A DNA stretch of 32,531 nucleotides, taken from positions 1-32,531 of the forward strand of contig ADNK01002986.1 of NCBI GenBank assembly GCA_000320545.1. The letters are read 5' to 3'. This DNA comes from Bigelowiella natans CCMP2755. Taxonomy: Eukaryota > Protista > Cercozoa. The notes beneath the pieces were generated by a model that was not told where the DNA came from, searched no databases, and was given only the letters and a program-made list of their open reading frames with translations. This document shows, in pieces, positions 1 through 11,232 of the stretch. Positions within the stretch are counted from its first letter, which is position 1. Each line of letters opens with the position of its first letter. Made by a program: the position numbers and the translations under genes.

Positions 1-840
1 ATATAGAGCATGTGAGATGGGAGGATCGTTCGAAGGGAAGGACATAGGATACGGTGCAATAGATCACATCCATTATCGCAACACGCTTCAACGCGCCGGG
101 GTATGAGCATCTGGATCGAAAACCGCGACATGCAGCTCGTAGGGGGGAGATCAGACTGCGAAGCGAGTTACAAGGTGGGGATGGGGGTGGTCGATGATGA
201 TGATGACGATGATGAGTAGTAGTAGTAGTGTCGTCCGTCCCTTCCCCCCCCCCCCCCTCCCCCCTCCTCCGCTTCTCTCTCCATCACAGAAGCTCCACCT
301 TCTTCATTGCTCTCTTGGACAACTACATCGGAGGCCTGAACATGGTGAGAATGACGATGATATGCGTAGCGTATTACATGTTTGGATCATCATCATCATC
401 ATCATCATCACCCCCCTCACAAGTGGGAAAAACAACAACAACAACAACAACACAGGCTAATTTCGTCGGTTCCGAGACGCGCACGTACGTGCAGCCGACA
501 GCAATGGCTGTCCTGAGGAGGATCTACAACGCTCAGGTTTGCTATAACTAATAGTCGCGCAATGGCAGTGCTCTAACATCATCAACCATCATGAATATTA
601 TCACTGACAAAAACGCAAACGCTTCTTACTATTCTTACAGCTGCTCACCCTAGCGGTGAATCAATTCGTGAAGCACGCCAAGTTCCTTCTCACCGGCCAG
701 AGAGTCGATACGCGCTACTCGGTAAGTCGTCGTTGATTCATCTAGTCTAATCGAGGAGGAGGAGGAGGAGGAGGAGGAGGAGGAGGAGGACAACCACTAT
801 GATGAAGCAGCATGAGCTTTGATTCCTCATCTTTACATAT

Positions 841-876
<36 letters not shown>

Positions 877-1824
877 ATTTGTGCTTCTGGCTAATGAGTA
901 GGTGTTCGGAATTTGCTGGAGTTTCACCGGGGGAATCTCAGCTAAAATCATACTCAATACGCTGCTGAATCTGGTAACAATCCTAACGCTACATGTACAT
1001 AACCTTGTGTACATAATTTATATAGTAAGCATATTTGAATACTACAAGAGATACGGGAGGAGGAGGAGGAGGAGGAGGAGGGAGTGAGGGGGAACGTATG
1101 ATGTTGTTTGCTGAAAAAGAACTCATTGCAGGTTGATACCACGGTTGGTCGAATATCCAAAATGGGCGCCGTAGGAGCTTCGGTTATAACTTTTACCGAA
1201 TAATATGTGGGAAGTCCTGGAAGGATTTCATCCTCACACAGCCAACACACGAGCACACACACGCACGCGCGCACACACGCATACACACATTCACGGGTTA
1301 TCTATTAAAGGTGGTCGTGAGCATATCCGAGAACTACGTCATCCAGTCTCTGAAGGCCGCGACGTGCGTCAAGTTCGTTCAGACAAAGAAAAGTTTTCTT
1401 GGGGTAGAACACACAGACATATATGCTATAATTATCACCGTGTTACAGTTTTAATATATCGCATCGAACGGAGCAAAGTTCTCGGTGTGCGTGTGTGGCT
1501 TCAAGTATACAGTCTTCACTATTTTGCTGAACATCTTAGGCAGTTCGCAGTCTCCGACTGAGCGATTTGAGGCTCTGGCCGAAGGGGCGTCCAGGCCGTG
1601 GTGAGTAGATATCCTATTATTACAGGAAGATTCCCTAATTATGCATCGGTGCTTCCACTATAACATGATGTTTTCCTTCTCGTTTCTGGCCACCTATGGT
1701 TATTCATCTCTCATCTTGCTGTTGGCACTTCCACCTAGGCACGAATGAGGCCGTAGATGCTCTAGATAGTGCTCGCGCAATGTCGCCCATGATTCAGGCG
1801 AAACGATGCCTCATCCCTGAGTGA
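1..1824 (+). CDS. 3' part of a multi-exon hypothetical protein gene (5' end unresolved, probably outside the window)
   Basis: Phase-consistent GT-AG exons give ...SSTFFIALLDNYIGGLNM|ANFVGSETRTYVQPTAMAVLRRIYNAQ|LLTLAVNQFVKHAKFLLTGQRVDTRYS|VFGICWSFTGGISAKIILNTLLNL|VDTTVGRISKMGAVGAS|VVVSISENYVIQSLKAATCVKFVQTKKSFLG|AVRSLRLSDLRLWPKGRPGR|GTNEAVDALDSARAMSPMIQAKRCLIPE*, with TGA at 1822-1824. Introns are filled with microsatellites. No family recognised. Confidence 0.7.
753..874. repeat. Intronic (GAG)n (753-790) and (GT)n (843-874) microsatellites
   Basis: Seen directly. Confidence 0.95.
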
Positions 1825-2325
1825 TGTTAGAAGATCCACAATGACGATAGATGAGGGCTGATGTTGGTGTTTGGCACTAAAGTGTGTCATTCGGTGACCT
1901 ACTACCCGCTCTGATAGCGTTTCTGCCTCCTTCATTCTGAAGTACAAGAAAAGTACAAATAGAAAGGATGTACAGAAATGCCCAAGTAAAGCATAGATCA
2001 CGACTAGAATATTTGATCTCCTCCCCCCCCCCTTCTCTCCCTCTCTTTCTCTCGCTCTTTTCTTCACAAAACCGGATATTCAATCTTCGTTTCCCAGCAT
2101 CTTAATTCTAGAAGAAGATTGATGAAGAAATGCATTTGAATTTTACCATTACACAGCATGCTGAATAGCTACATTGCTATGAATTTGCATCATTGAGTTG
2201 CATGCACATCCAGCGGGCTGCATGTGCATGTTGTGCCGAAGCATTTTGGGTCACTCATGCAATGGAATAATTGGACATGTGATGCATGCAACACACATGA
2301 CATGCACTTTGTTTGTACTAGTGTA

Positions 2326-3347
2326 GTTCATGCTGAGCTAGCTGAGGCGACTCTGCGATCTAGGTGCGTCTAGACATGTGCGCTGTTTGTTGCAAGCTGA
2401 GCATGTCAGCATGGCTAGATCGACGGCTGCGCGCGTCCTCGAGCGCGCAACGATTCCCAACGAACATCTAGACACGTCCCTGAAGGCCTCACATTGCGTG
2501 GACATCTAGCTAGCTAGATGTGCATCGCACGAAAAGCGAGCTAGCGAGGTCGTCAGTTGTTGTTTTTCAAACATCTGCTTCCCTCCCAGAGTGTCTAGCC
2601 AGAATGGCCAGTTCTGGAGCTGGCTGGCTGGTGCCCCACTAGCCTCATGCCGCAATCTGGCGATGATCTGTGATGCTTCTCTCTGGCTAGCTGGCTCTGA
2701 CCAGCTGGCCCTGCTAGCCTGACTAGCTGAAGAAAAGGAAAACAAGTGCGAAGCGAAATGACAATGCTGGAACACCATGCGAGCTAGCGAGGGCACATGA
2801 TGTGCATGCACAGTGAGGTGATGGCAATGGTGATGAAATTGTTGCGACCGCCAACAGCGCTGGAGCGATCTAGCGGTGTGCAAGCCAGCAGGCACCAGAG
2901 CACACCAAGACGTTCCACTCTGCACTTCACGCCTTTGAGGTCTTGAGTTCCTGACAAAGAAAGGTTTTCTTGGATGAGGCAGAACAAACAAACACTCATC
3001 ACACACACAAACACAAACACACACACAAGCCACACGCGTGTGTGCACGCGCACATTCGTCCAAACATGCACGTGTGCACTCGACGTTCGTTGCAGTGTTC
3101 ACCGCCGTTGACCAGCTGTGTTGAACACTGGCTGTCCAGTCCTTTGTTCCCAAGAACTGCGACACAGAAATTGTCCTCCCTGCCGAATTGGCTTTGGGGG
3201 ATTGCATCACAAACACAGAGGCCAAAAATTGGAAGGGCGAGAACACGTCCAGTCATCCTGGAGTTGTGAAAGGTCCTTCGGACCCTGCCCGCTTGGTGCT
3301 GCATTTGTCGCGGGTTCAAGTTTCTGGCATTGTCGCAGGTGCAAAAC
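2326..3347. other. TpA-depleted, CTAG-enriched intergenic zone A
   Basis: Hand count: 16 TA in 1022 bp, all within CTAG. No TA in 2874-3347. No CCGG. Confidence 0.9.
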
Positions 3348-3718
3348 TAAACCTCATCAGCAACTTAAAAATTCCAACACTGTGATCGGAAAATTCGGCC
3401 AGCTTGCGACATGGCCAATTCCTTGCCGCAGTTTCTAATTGCATGAGAATCAGAAGTACCATAGCAGCACAGTCGAAGGAAGATTTTTCTCTGTTCCAAA
3501 ATTACAAAATCGCCTGCATTTTGAACTTTTTAGTTGTTTCGAAGTTTCCAGCCCCCATCACAAAATCCACGTCCAACAAATAATAATTCACAAGCCCGAG
3601 CAGGCCAAGGGACAAGATTCCCCCATTCTTTTTCATCGGTTTGTACATCCATGCGTTCGTTTTTTTCTTATTCTAAAATCTTCTTCTTTTCACGAAGGGG
3701 CTCACTGATTGAAAAATT

Positions 3719-6700
3719 ATGGGAGGCAAATCGTCCAGCGGTTTCGCCAAAACTCAAGAAATCATACAAAAAATTGTTGCAGAATGGGGCGAAGATTTGA
3801 AGGTATCAACATCACGAAATCCTGGACAGACATCAATCGTAATTGATTTTTGACAGGGAAATGGTCACCAAGATGCAAAAGATCTTTGGGATGCATATGA
3901 TCTCGAAGGCACAGGATTCCTTGAAAGAGGGGTAAGTGGATCTAATTTAATTGATGTAGCTGCTGCTTAAACATGAAAGCAAACCTTTACAGGAAGGAAC
4001 AGCATTTTTCAAAGACATTTATCGAAGAAAACTTCAAACAACAACGGTAAATCCAAACACATTTGAGACCGAAAGCATGTTTAATGTCTACACCCTTTTA
4101 TGTTTATTTCACTTTTCAGGATGAGCAAAAGTTGCAGATGTCGAAATCAATAAAAACAGAACGTGATTTGGAACAATGGGCTCAGCATTGCTTTGACAGA
4201 ATGGACGTAAAAAAAATCTCACAACTATAATCGCCGCAACCAATCTAATTAATTTTAGCGGGGACATGGAAGAATATCTTGGGAGGAATTCTACTCCTAC
4301 GCTTCTGAATGTAGTAAATATGATGACGCGAAGGTACTCGAGATACATTTCTATAAACAGTATCTACATGTAGATATCCCTTCTCAGCAACAAAGAGCGC
4401 GAATGCGTATAACAGGATTCTTCCGAGGTTGGGCAGAAGGGTACGGACTTTTAATTTGTGAACATAGCAAAGATTTAAAGTTTGAATGACAGACTTCGGG
4501 TACGAATCAAGATTTATCGTTGGGCGCTAGCTGGTAGATGTAGATATAGCTCGCGTTTGAACAATAAGCGTGTGACGCAATGATATTTTTTCCAGAGATT
4601 GAATCGAGGGAGGAACGGAAGGTAAACAGGTTTCTGAATAGGTGTACAATCTAAATAATTGCGAATACACATAATTAGGCGCTATATGAATCAAAAAAAC
4701 AAAGAGAGTTGAGGAAAAAATTCAATAGAATGATGCTAAAGGAGCTCAAGAAAAAAAATCCTGAGTTACCAGGTGAATATGATTCAGCTTTCGCTCACGA
4801 CTTTATTTATGTAACGATGTACATTTTAAGAAATAGAAAAAACTAGCATGTATCAGTTGAATCATTCAACCGAGCGTTCTGAAGATCGGGTATACAATTA
4901 TCTGGAATTATTATTATTAGAAATGCTAGAATAACTACATGAATCGTAAATATAGGGTGACGAGCTTCTTCGCCGTTATGAAAGATTAAATTCCTTCATG
5001 AAGAAAGAGGTTGTACATCTAGCTCTTAATTCATACAAATTCAGTAATATGAGTTACTAATCTGCTCAGACCCTGACAAAAGTGATGCAGAAGCCTAATA
5101 CAAAGTTTCGTCGTTGGGTATCCATGCGACACACGGTAACAAATCTGAAATTTGATTGTAGTTGTTAGAATGAAATCACTTGTTTTATTTATAAAAGCTG
5201 CCTGTGAGAAGAACACCGCGTGCTGATGCATTAGCTGAGCTTAAGAAAGCCGCAACAAGAAATCGAACAAAAGCAACTACTCAATCACCTGGTAGAATCA
5301 ACCCTTGGCAAAAATTAAAACAACTTATTTTAATATTTACTCATCTCAGTGGAATTTAATCTGAGCTTCGTAACTGCAATGATGGATCAAATTGCACAAA
5401 GAGAGATTATAGACAAATCCGTTTGTCTTTCAATCGTAAAGAAGGCCAAGGTCGGAAAAAAATAACCTTAAATGAATCCTTTTGTAAACAATTATCTGTA
5501 CTGAAAATATATATATATATATATTCTTTAGTCTATTCTAAGCAAAGAGACAAATGTGATGCAACACACTGTGAAGAAGGGTGCAAATTGTCCAATCGAC
5601 CTTGATTTGTAAATCACATTGATCATTCAATAGGGTGTCGCGTCACGATTGTTGGCGATATTCATGGGCAGATTCCCGATTTACTTCATATTTTCCATCT
5701 GAACGGCCTTCCGAGTGCACGAAATTCGTACCGACTCTCATATAAATTTTGGGCTATTATCATTTTTTTTTCCTCCAGGTATATTTTCAATGGTGACTGG
5801 GTTGATCGTGGAATACAGGGATGTGAAGTTGTCCTCGTCATATTTGCATTTAAGGTGTCCATATCTCAGGAAATTTCAGATGTGTACCTAAATTCTGATA
5901 TACTATCGTTTTTCATTAGATTCTCTTCCCGCGTAATGTGTTCCTGAATAGAGGAAACCACGAAGCAGTACCTAGCCACATTTGAGAGTTTCTTTTGAAA
6001 AAGTAAAGTAGTTGTTCTGATGACAGGTAGATATCAACGATTTTTCTGGATTTCTGGATGAATGTAGGGATAAATATGACGAAGAGGTTGAATTGGATCT
6101 CCTAAGATCTAAGTGCTATTACCTTTGACAATCTGATAAAACTCAAAGGTTTATTATGAATTCAACGAGGCTTTCTCCACCTGTCCACTTGCAACCATAA
6201 TTGACGAAAAGGTTCGTTTGAACTTTGGCTCACGGCGGTGACTAACGTGAAAATACCATAGGTTTTTGTGGTACATGGAGGGCTTCCTAGAGTTGACATG
6301 AAAGTGAACTCATTGTATCAAATAAATAGGAAAATAACTGAGGTATGTACACAAAATCCAAGCTCCACTGCAATCGATCTTTATATGTATTAGCTTACAG
6401 GTTGATTATGAGCATCCAGATCATTGCATCCTTGCGGATTTGATATGGAGTGACCCAGAAGAATATCTTCAGGTTAAAATTTGCTTCGCGGACAATAGTA
6501 AAGCATTTGATTTTAGATCTACTCATTAGGGACGAGTACCAAACACTCGACGCGGTGCTGGTCAACTGTTCGGTCCAGATGTGCTCGCAAAATTTTTAGC
6601 CCTGAATGATTTTCACACAGTTGTGAGGTGAATATAGTAAAATATTTATTTGAGATTGTACAAATGGGATGCTTTTAAAAGGTCTCATGAGGCAAAGCAG

Positions 6701-8475
6701 GAGGGTTATGAATACTTGTGGGGTGAACGATTAATAACCGTGTTTTCGGCATCTAACTACTGTGGGTCACAAGGGAATGATGGAGCTGTACTAGTCTATG
6801 AGCATGGGCTTACACGAAAAATCATCAGTTGGAATCTATCAAGTAAACCTAAACTACCACTAATCTTAATTGAAGAACAGACTCGATGTACGTAATATTT
6901 CTAGACACTTCCCTTCTTGCTGTCTCCGGAACCTACAGTCGTTTCAACTTCCGAGTATCGACAAAAAAGACGAAGAACGGTGGCGATTCCGTCAAATCAA
7001 TACTTCTTAAGAAGCTTTCCAAAATTATTCAAGATAACAGGTAGAAATTTTAAGAAGAACAGAATGTGGTATTGAAAATCATCAATCATAGGCTTCCGCT
7101 AATTGATTCGTTCGAAAAAGTATCTAAAAATGGAGTGGTCACATTTGATTTCTGATTTCGATTAACAGTATGTATGAGAATCGGCATCTGTAATAGATTC
7201 AGAGGTCTGTATGGGCGAATGTACTAAAGGAGGTGTTAGAACTCGAGAAGGTGGACTCAAGTTGTCTTTCTTCGAATTGTTTTAATTGGGTTGTGAAATA
7301 GGTCCCCTTCCTAATGTTCCAACGTCTTCTTGGAGTACCCTTCTACGGTGTAGACGCAAAGCATAAAGGTAGAATTCTAACTCTCTATAAAAAGAAACAG
7401 CCTTATGAATTAAGTTATTAGGACCTATAGACTATATGCAGTGGTTGCTTCATTTTAACGATCTCTCTAAAAGGAAAAAGAAATCTGAGAATGAAAGAAG
7501 GTCATTATGAACAAAATTTGAAAGATGGTTATTTTCCAAATAACAAACGTTGGAATCGTGTTTAGCAAATCTTTCAGTATAAGCAAAAAAAGCAGGTATC
7601 AGCATGTGTACATATTGTAGAGGGTCGTTTACATTTATATATACTTACACAGTTTATCCGAACGTGTGAGCAAAATGGAAGCTTACATGAAGCTGATTAG
7701 CTTGGGAGACGCGAAGGGTAACCTTTTTGACTCAATATCGAATTTGTTCGCTGATTGAATATTAATTAGCGGCTGCAGCTGAGATGACAAACTTGGAGAA
7801 GTTCCTAGCAACTCATACTTCGAGGATTACATCACTTTTCCGATATTTTGACTTTGGTCAGTTTGTTAAGATTTTTTATTGTTCACTGACGCATACTCAG
7901 CTTGCATTTTTGCATAGATGGCGATGGTTTAATAACAAGGATGGACCTTCGTACAGGTCTTCAGGTAGATTGTTTTAAATTTGTATTTAATGTATTTAAT
8001 TTTTTGACGGGTTTAAAATTTTAACGGTGTTGTGATAGAGTATTGCAGAGGTATACAAGGAAGAATTCCAGGATGATGACGTTGACAAATTAATCAATCG
8101 GATATTTGGGGGTACAAATTTTAAGATCTAAGAGTTAAAACAACTTTAAGTGAAGACTGCGTCAAAGGCAACTCGGAAGAAACCCAAGGGATTACGATTG
8201 ATGCTTTTGTGGCCGAGATAAAGAAACAGTTAAGACACAAATAGATTGAAAGACCATTAGAGTTAACCTTGATTTCCTATTTTCTCAGCAACCCGAAGTT
8301 CTTGGATGCTGTTGTAGCTGGCTCTCGAAGAAAATCTAGAATCGTCAAAGATAAGAGAAATACGGCACAGCGAGGAATCAGTTCAAATTGGAAGACGCCA
8401 ATAGATTGGATTGAAGACCCTCTAAAAACGAGATCGTCGACTCGAAGATGGAGGAGTAAAACTGAGACCATTTAG
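3719..8475 (+). CDS. PPEF/RdgC-like PPP-family Ser/Thr protein phosphatase with EF-hands (~36 exons)
   Basis: ATG at 3719 (MGGKSSS, N-myristoylation-type start). EF-hand DLEGTGFLERGE; IQ-like RMRITGFFRGW. Spliced PPP motifs GDIHGQ (~5655), GDWVDRG (~5792), NRGNHE (~5947), HGG (~6274), DLIWSDP, RRGAG, RSHE, TVFSASNYCG. C-terminal EF-hand DFDGDGLITRMD. Stop TAG ends at 8475. About 35 short GT-AG introns with consistent phases. Confidence 0.93.
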
Positions 8476-8699
8476 AGTTCCAGTAAATTTTAATTGTAAA
8501 TTGGCTTAAGACAGCACATGTTGATGCGTATGATAGCAGCTATAGCAATGTGCTAACTAAAAACACAACTGTAGTGGTGATTATCATGTCGTCGTGTGCA
8601 ACAGGCATTAAATTTTGATGAGCATGTTCTAGAACACACAAGTTTAACGACACTACTCACAGCTAAATTCAGTATCCCATTATGTAGAGGGGCTAAGCA

Positions 8700-9048
8700 C
8701 GAACACACAGAACTTGAACGGCACTAGAACACACATGCATGCCCGCATGGAAATCATTGTTGTACATCACGCACGACGCATGCATCTAGGCATTCTAGCA
8801 TGCTAGCATGCACACTTGTCAATCGCTAGACAGTGCCCCACATCTGACACGTCCAGATGTCTAGATGTACAAGGCTGCCAGGCTAGCAGGACAGCAGGAC
8901 CCTTGATACTAGGCTAGCTTGTCACAGCACCTCTAGACCTGCTAGCCTGCTTCGATCGATTTTGCGGCGATAACTAGATAATGCATGCTAGCATACAACG
9001 ACACGCGCGTTGAACCGTACCGATTTTACTAGTACACATACTCTCTAG

Positions 9049-9086
<38 letters not shown>

Positions 9087-9260
9087 TTCTCTTTAGCTCG
9101 CTCTGTGTTGCATGGACATGTCCAAATGCACACACACACTAGACACTCTACAGGACATGCACATGCTCTCAGCATACCTAGCTAGCTAGATACGTTTGTC
9201 AAAAGGTGTGTGAAGTTTCTACAGTTAAGTCCAAATATCTCTAGCTAGCTAGCTAGGTCT
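8700..9260. other. Partially TpA-depleted, CTAG-rich spacer with (CTAG)n and (CT)n microsatellites
   Basis: 8700-8970 has about 11 CTAG and 3 other TA. (CTAG)3 at 9178-9189, (CTAG)4 at 9241-9256, (CT)n at ~9056-9082. Confidence 0.75.
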
Positions 9261-9435
9261 TGTTTTTGTCCTGTGTATAGTCACTTTGAGGCTCTTTTCT
9301 CTTTTATTCTTGTATTTCACGTTTGCGTCGAGACATCAAAATATTTTGGCATAGAATATTCACAAAACAAAAAACTACTCATATGCTTGACGAATGTACA
9401 CGCAAAGAGACACATGTCTATTTGGTCGAGCACGG

Positions 9436-10341
9436 TCAAAAGTCATTAGCGTCAAACATGGCCAGCTCTTCGGATTTTCCAGGTGCATAAGAAAATAAAC
9501 TATCCAAGTCTCGGATGTCGCTGACTCTGTCTAATGCTCTTTTAAATCGAATCCCGCGAGCATCTAAGAAGCTCTCTATAATTTGCGGAAATAGAAACAC
9601 TGTCTTCATAATTTGGGCAGTGATTAAGATAGATGTCCGCAGTCTGCTGGAGACCGGGCCTACAGCATCTCTTATCATTGTAGCAGCGATTATCACGTCT
9701 CGCAACGTAAATCCAGAGTGCTGTTTATAAGAAGATAGCATTCTACGAATTGTCGAAGGGTCCGTCAAAATGCACATTCCCAATCGAAGTGCAAGTTCCC
9801 TCACCCCGTCCTCATCATGAATGCCGTTATTGTTCATAATCATCACTGTTTTACTTCCTTCCTCCATATCTCTCAGCATTGATATTTCGACAAGAAATAC
9901 AAATTCAGCCGCAGTTTGAGTAACAGATGGACGACCATCTTGTTCTTTTCTGGTAGTGCTTGAAGGTGAAGATTTTTTTAAACCTCCAATAGGCGCTAGA
10001 TTTCTGAGACGGATTTGGAGGTATCGTATCTCATGCTCATATAAGGGCTTACCAAGTTTTTTGAAGACAGTCAATGGCAAAGGAGTATCTGCGGTCAACT
10101 CTGGGCATTTCGGCGCATAATACTCGTTTCGATGCCAGAAACGTCGTAGCATTTTCTGTTCCCTTCGCTTATTTGCTTGTTGTTGCTCCTGCTTCAGGGT
10201 CGGCGCTGAGAATCGACGATTGACTTCCATTTTAAATTCCTTGATCTTCAAGGGCTCCGAAAAAGCCCTCTTTCTATCCGGGCATAAGGTTGCCATCGTC
10301 GACTGGAAGCTCTCCTGATGAATGGATGGATGATTCTTCAT
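9436..10341 (-). CDS. Intronless hypothetical protein (~290-300 aa; start ATG at 10341 or 10296)
   Basis: Uninterrupted ORF with normal amino-acid composition (MATLCPDRKRAFSEP...FDANDF*). No recognised domain. Confidence 0.65.
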   Translation of the reverse strand: MKNHPSIHQESFQSTMATLCPDRKRAFSEPLKIKEFKMEVNRRFSAPTLKQEQQQANKRREQKMLRRFWHRNEYYAPKCPELTADTPLPLTVFKKLGKPLYEHEIRYLQIRLRNLAPIGGLKKSSPSSTTRKEQDGRPSVTQTAAEFVFLVEISMLRDMEEGSKTVMIMNNNGIHDEDGVRELALRLGMCILTDPSTIRRMLSSYKQHSGFTLRDVIIAATMIRDAVGPVSSRLRTSILITAQIMKTVFLFPQIIESFLDARGIRFKRALDRVSDIRDLDSLFSYAPGKSEELAMFDANDF

Positions 10342-11232
10342 CTCTTCGCCAGGCTGTACGAGCGAGCTGTAGATAGATAGAACACTACAACTCGGTCTGC
10401 TGCCCACTAAAAACACTATTTATGCATATCAACAACAACCACACAAGCGATAACTTAGAAACGATCTCACTACGTGGCAAATGATGTAAATATGCTACCA
10501 TAATTTCAAAATATATCCATTTTTTGATTTCAACAATAAAAATCTTCTCTTGGATAGTACCATCCGCCTGCGTGCATTTTCTCATAAGCTGAGCCAACCG
10601 ACTTGATATGTAGAGAGCTCAGCAGGCAGTGCTCGCTGGCCGTTGAGCGAAGGAATGACTGGAGAAATCAGTCGTCGTAACGGCCGCACGCATTTTTCGA
10701 CCGTTTCTTTCGGGAAAGCCAAAAAACAGCAGGAAACCGACTTGCTTTTTGCAATTCCTTTTGTGGACCGGATTTCGGTTGGATCGGTTGGGCATCGCTT
10801 TGATATTGTTGTTATTGTTGCTTCGATGTTTTCATAAATACTTTTTTTATCGCGAAGACAACTATACATTCGCGCAAAAGTTGCTAGGGAGTGTTGCGAC
10901 GACACAATCGCTGACTCACCCACCCACCCACAAATCCGCACAGTCACACCTCGGCGCAGATCCTGTCGCAGGAGGGGAGATCCCACCACGCACGGGTTAA
11001 GAGACTAGAGGAGGAAGGGAAGAAACGGAGACGCTCTATAGGAGGCGTTTTACTTCGCTGTTGTCCAAAAACAACTATAATAGAAAGATAAGCGACAGGA
11101 GACAGAGGCTGCAACTCTGCCTTTCGTTGGAGACTCTTCTGGTGCTCTCCACCCATCGTAGATTCCATTTGCTCTGGAAGCAAAATTTACCAGTTTTTTA
11201 TCCTCCCGCGAGTAGCCTGCGCTCCTCTTGCT

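Noticed and set aside
2506-3438. Stack of overlapping ORFs, including a 246-aa ORF (2506-3246, -)
   Set aside because: The 246-aa ORF has no Tyr and crosses a microsatellite. Loss of TA removes TAA and most TAG stops, so long ORFs arise as a by-product.
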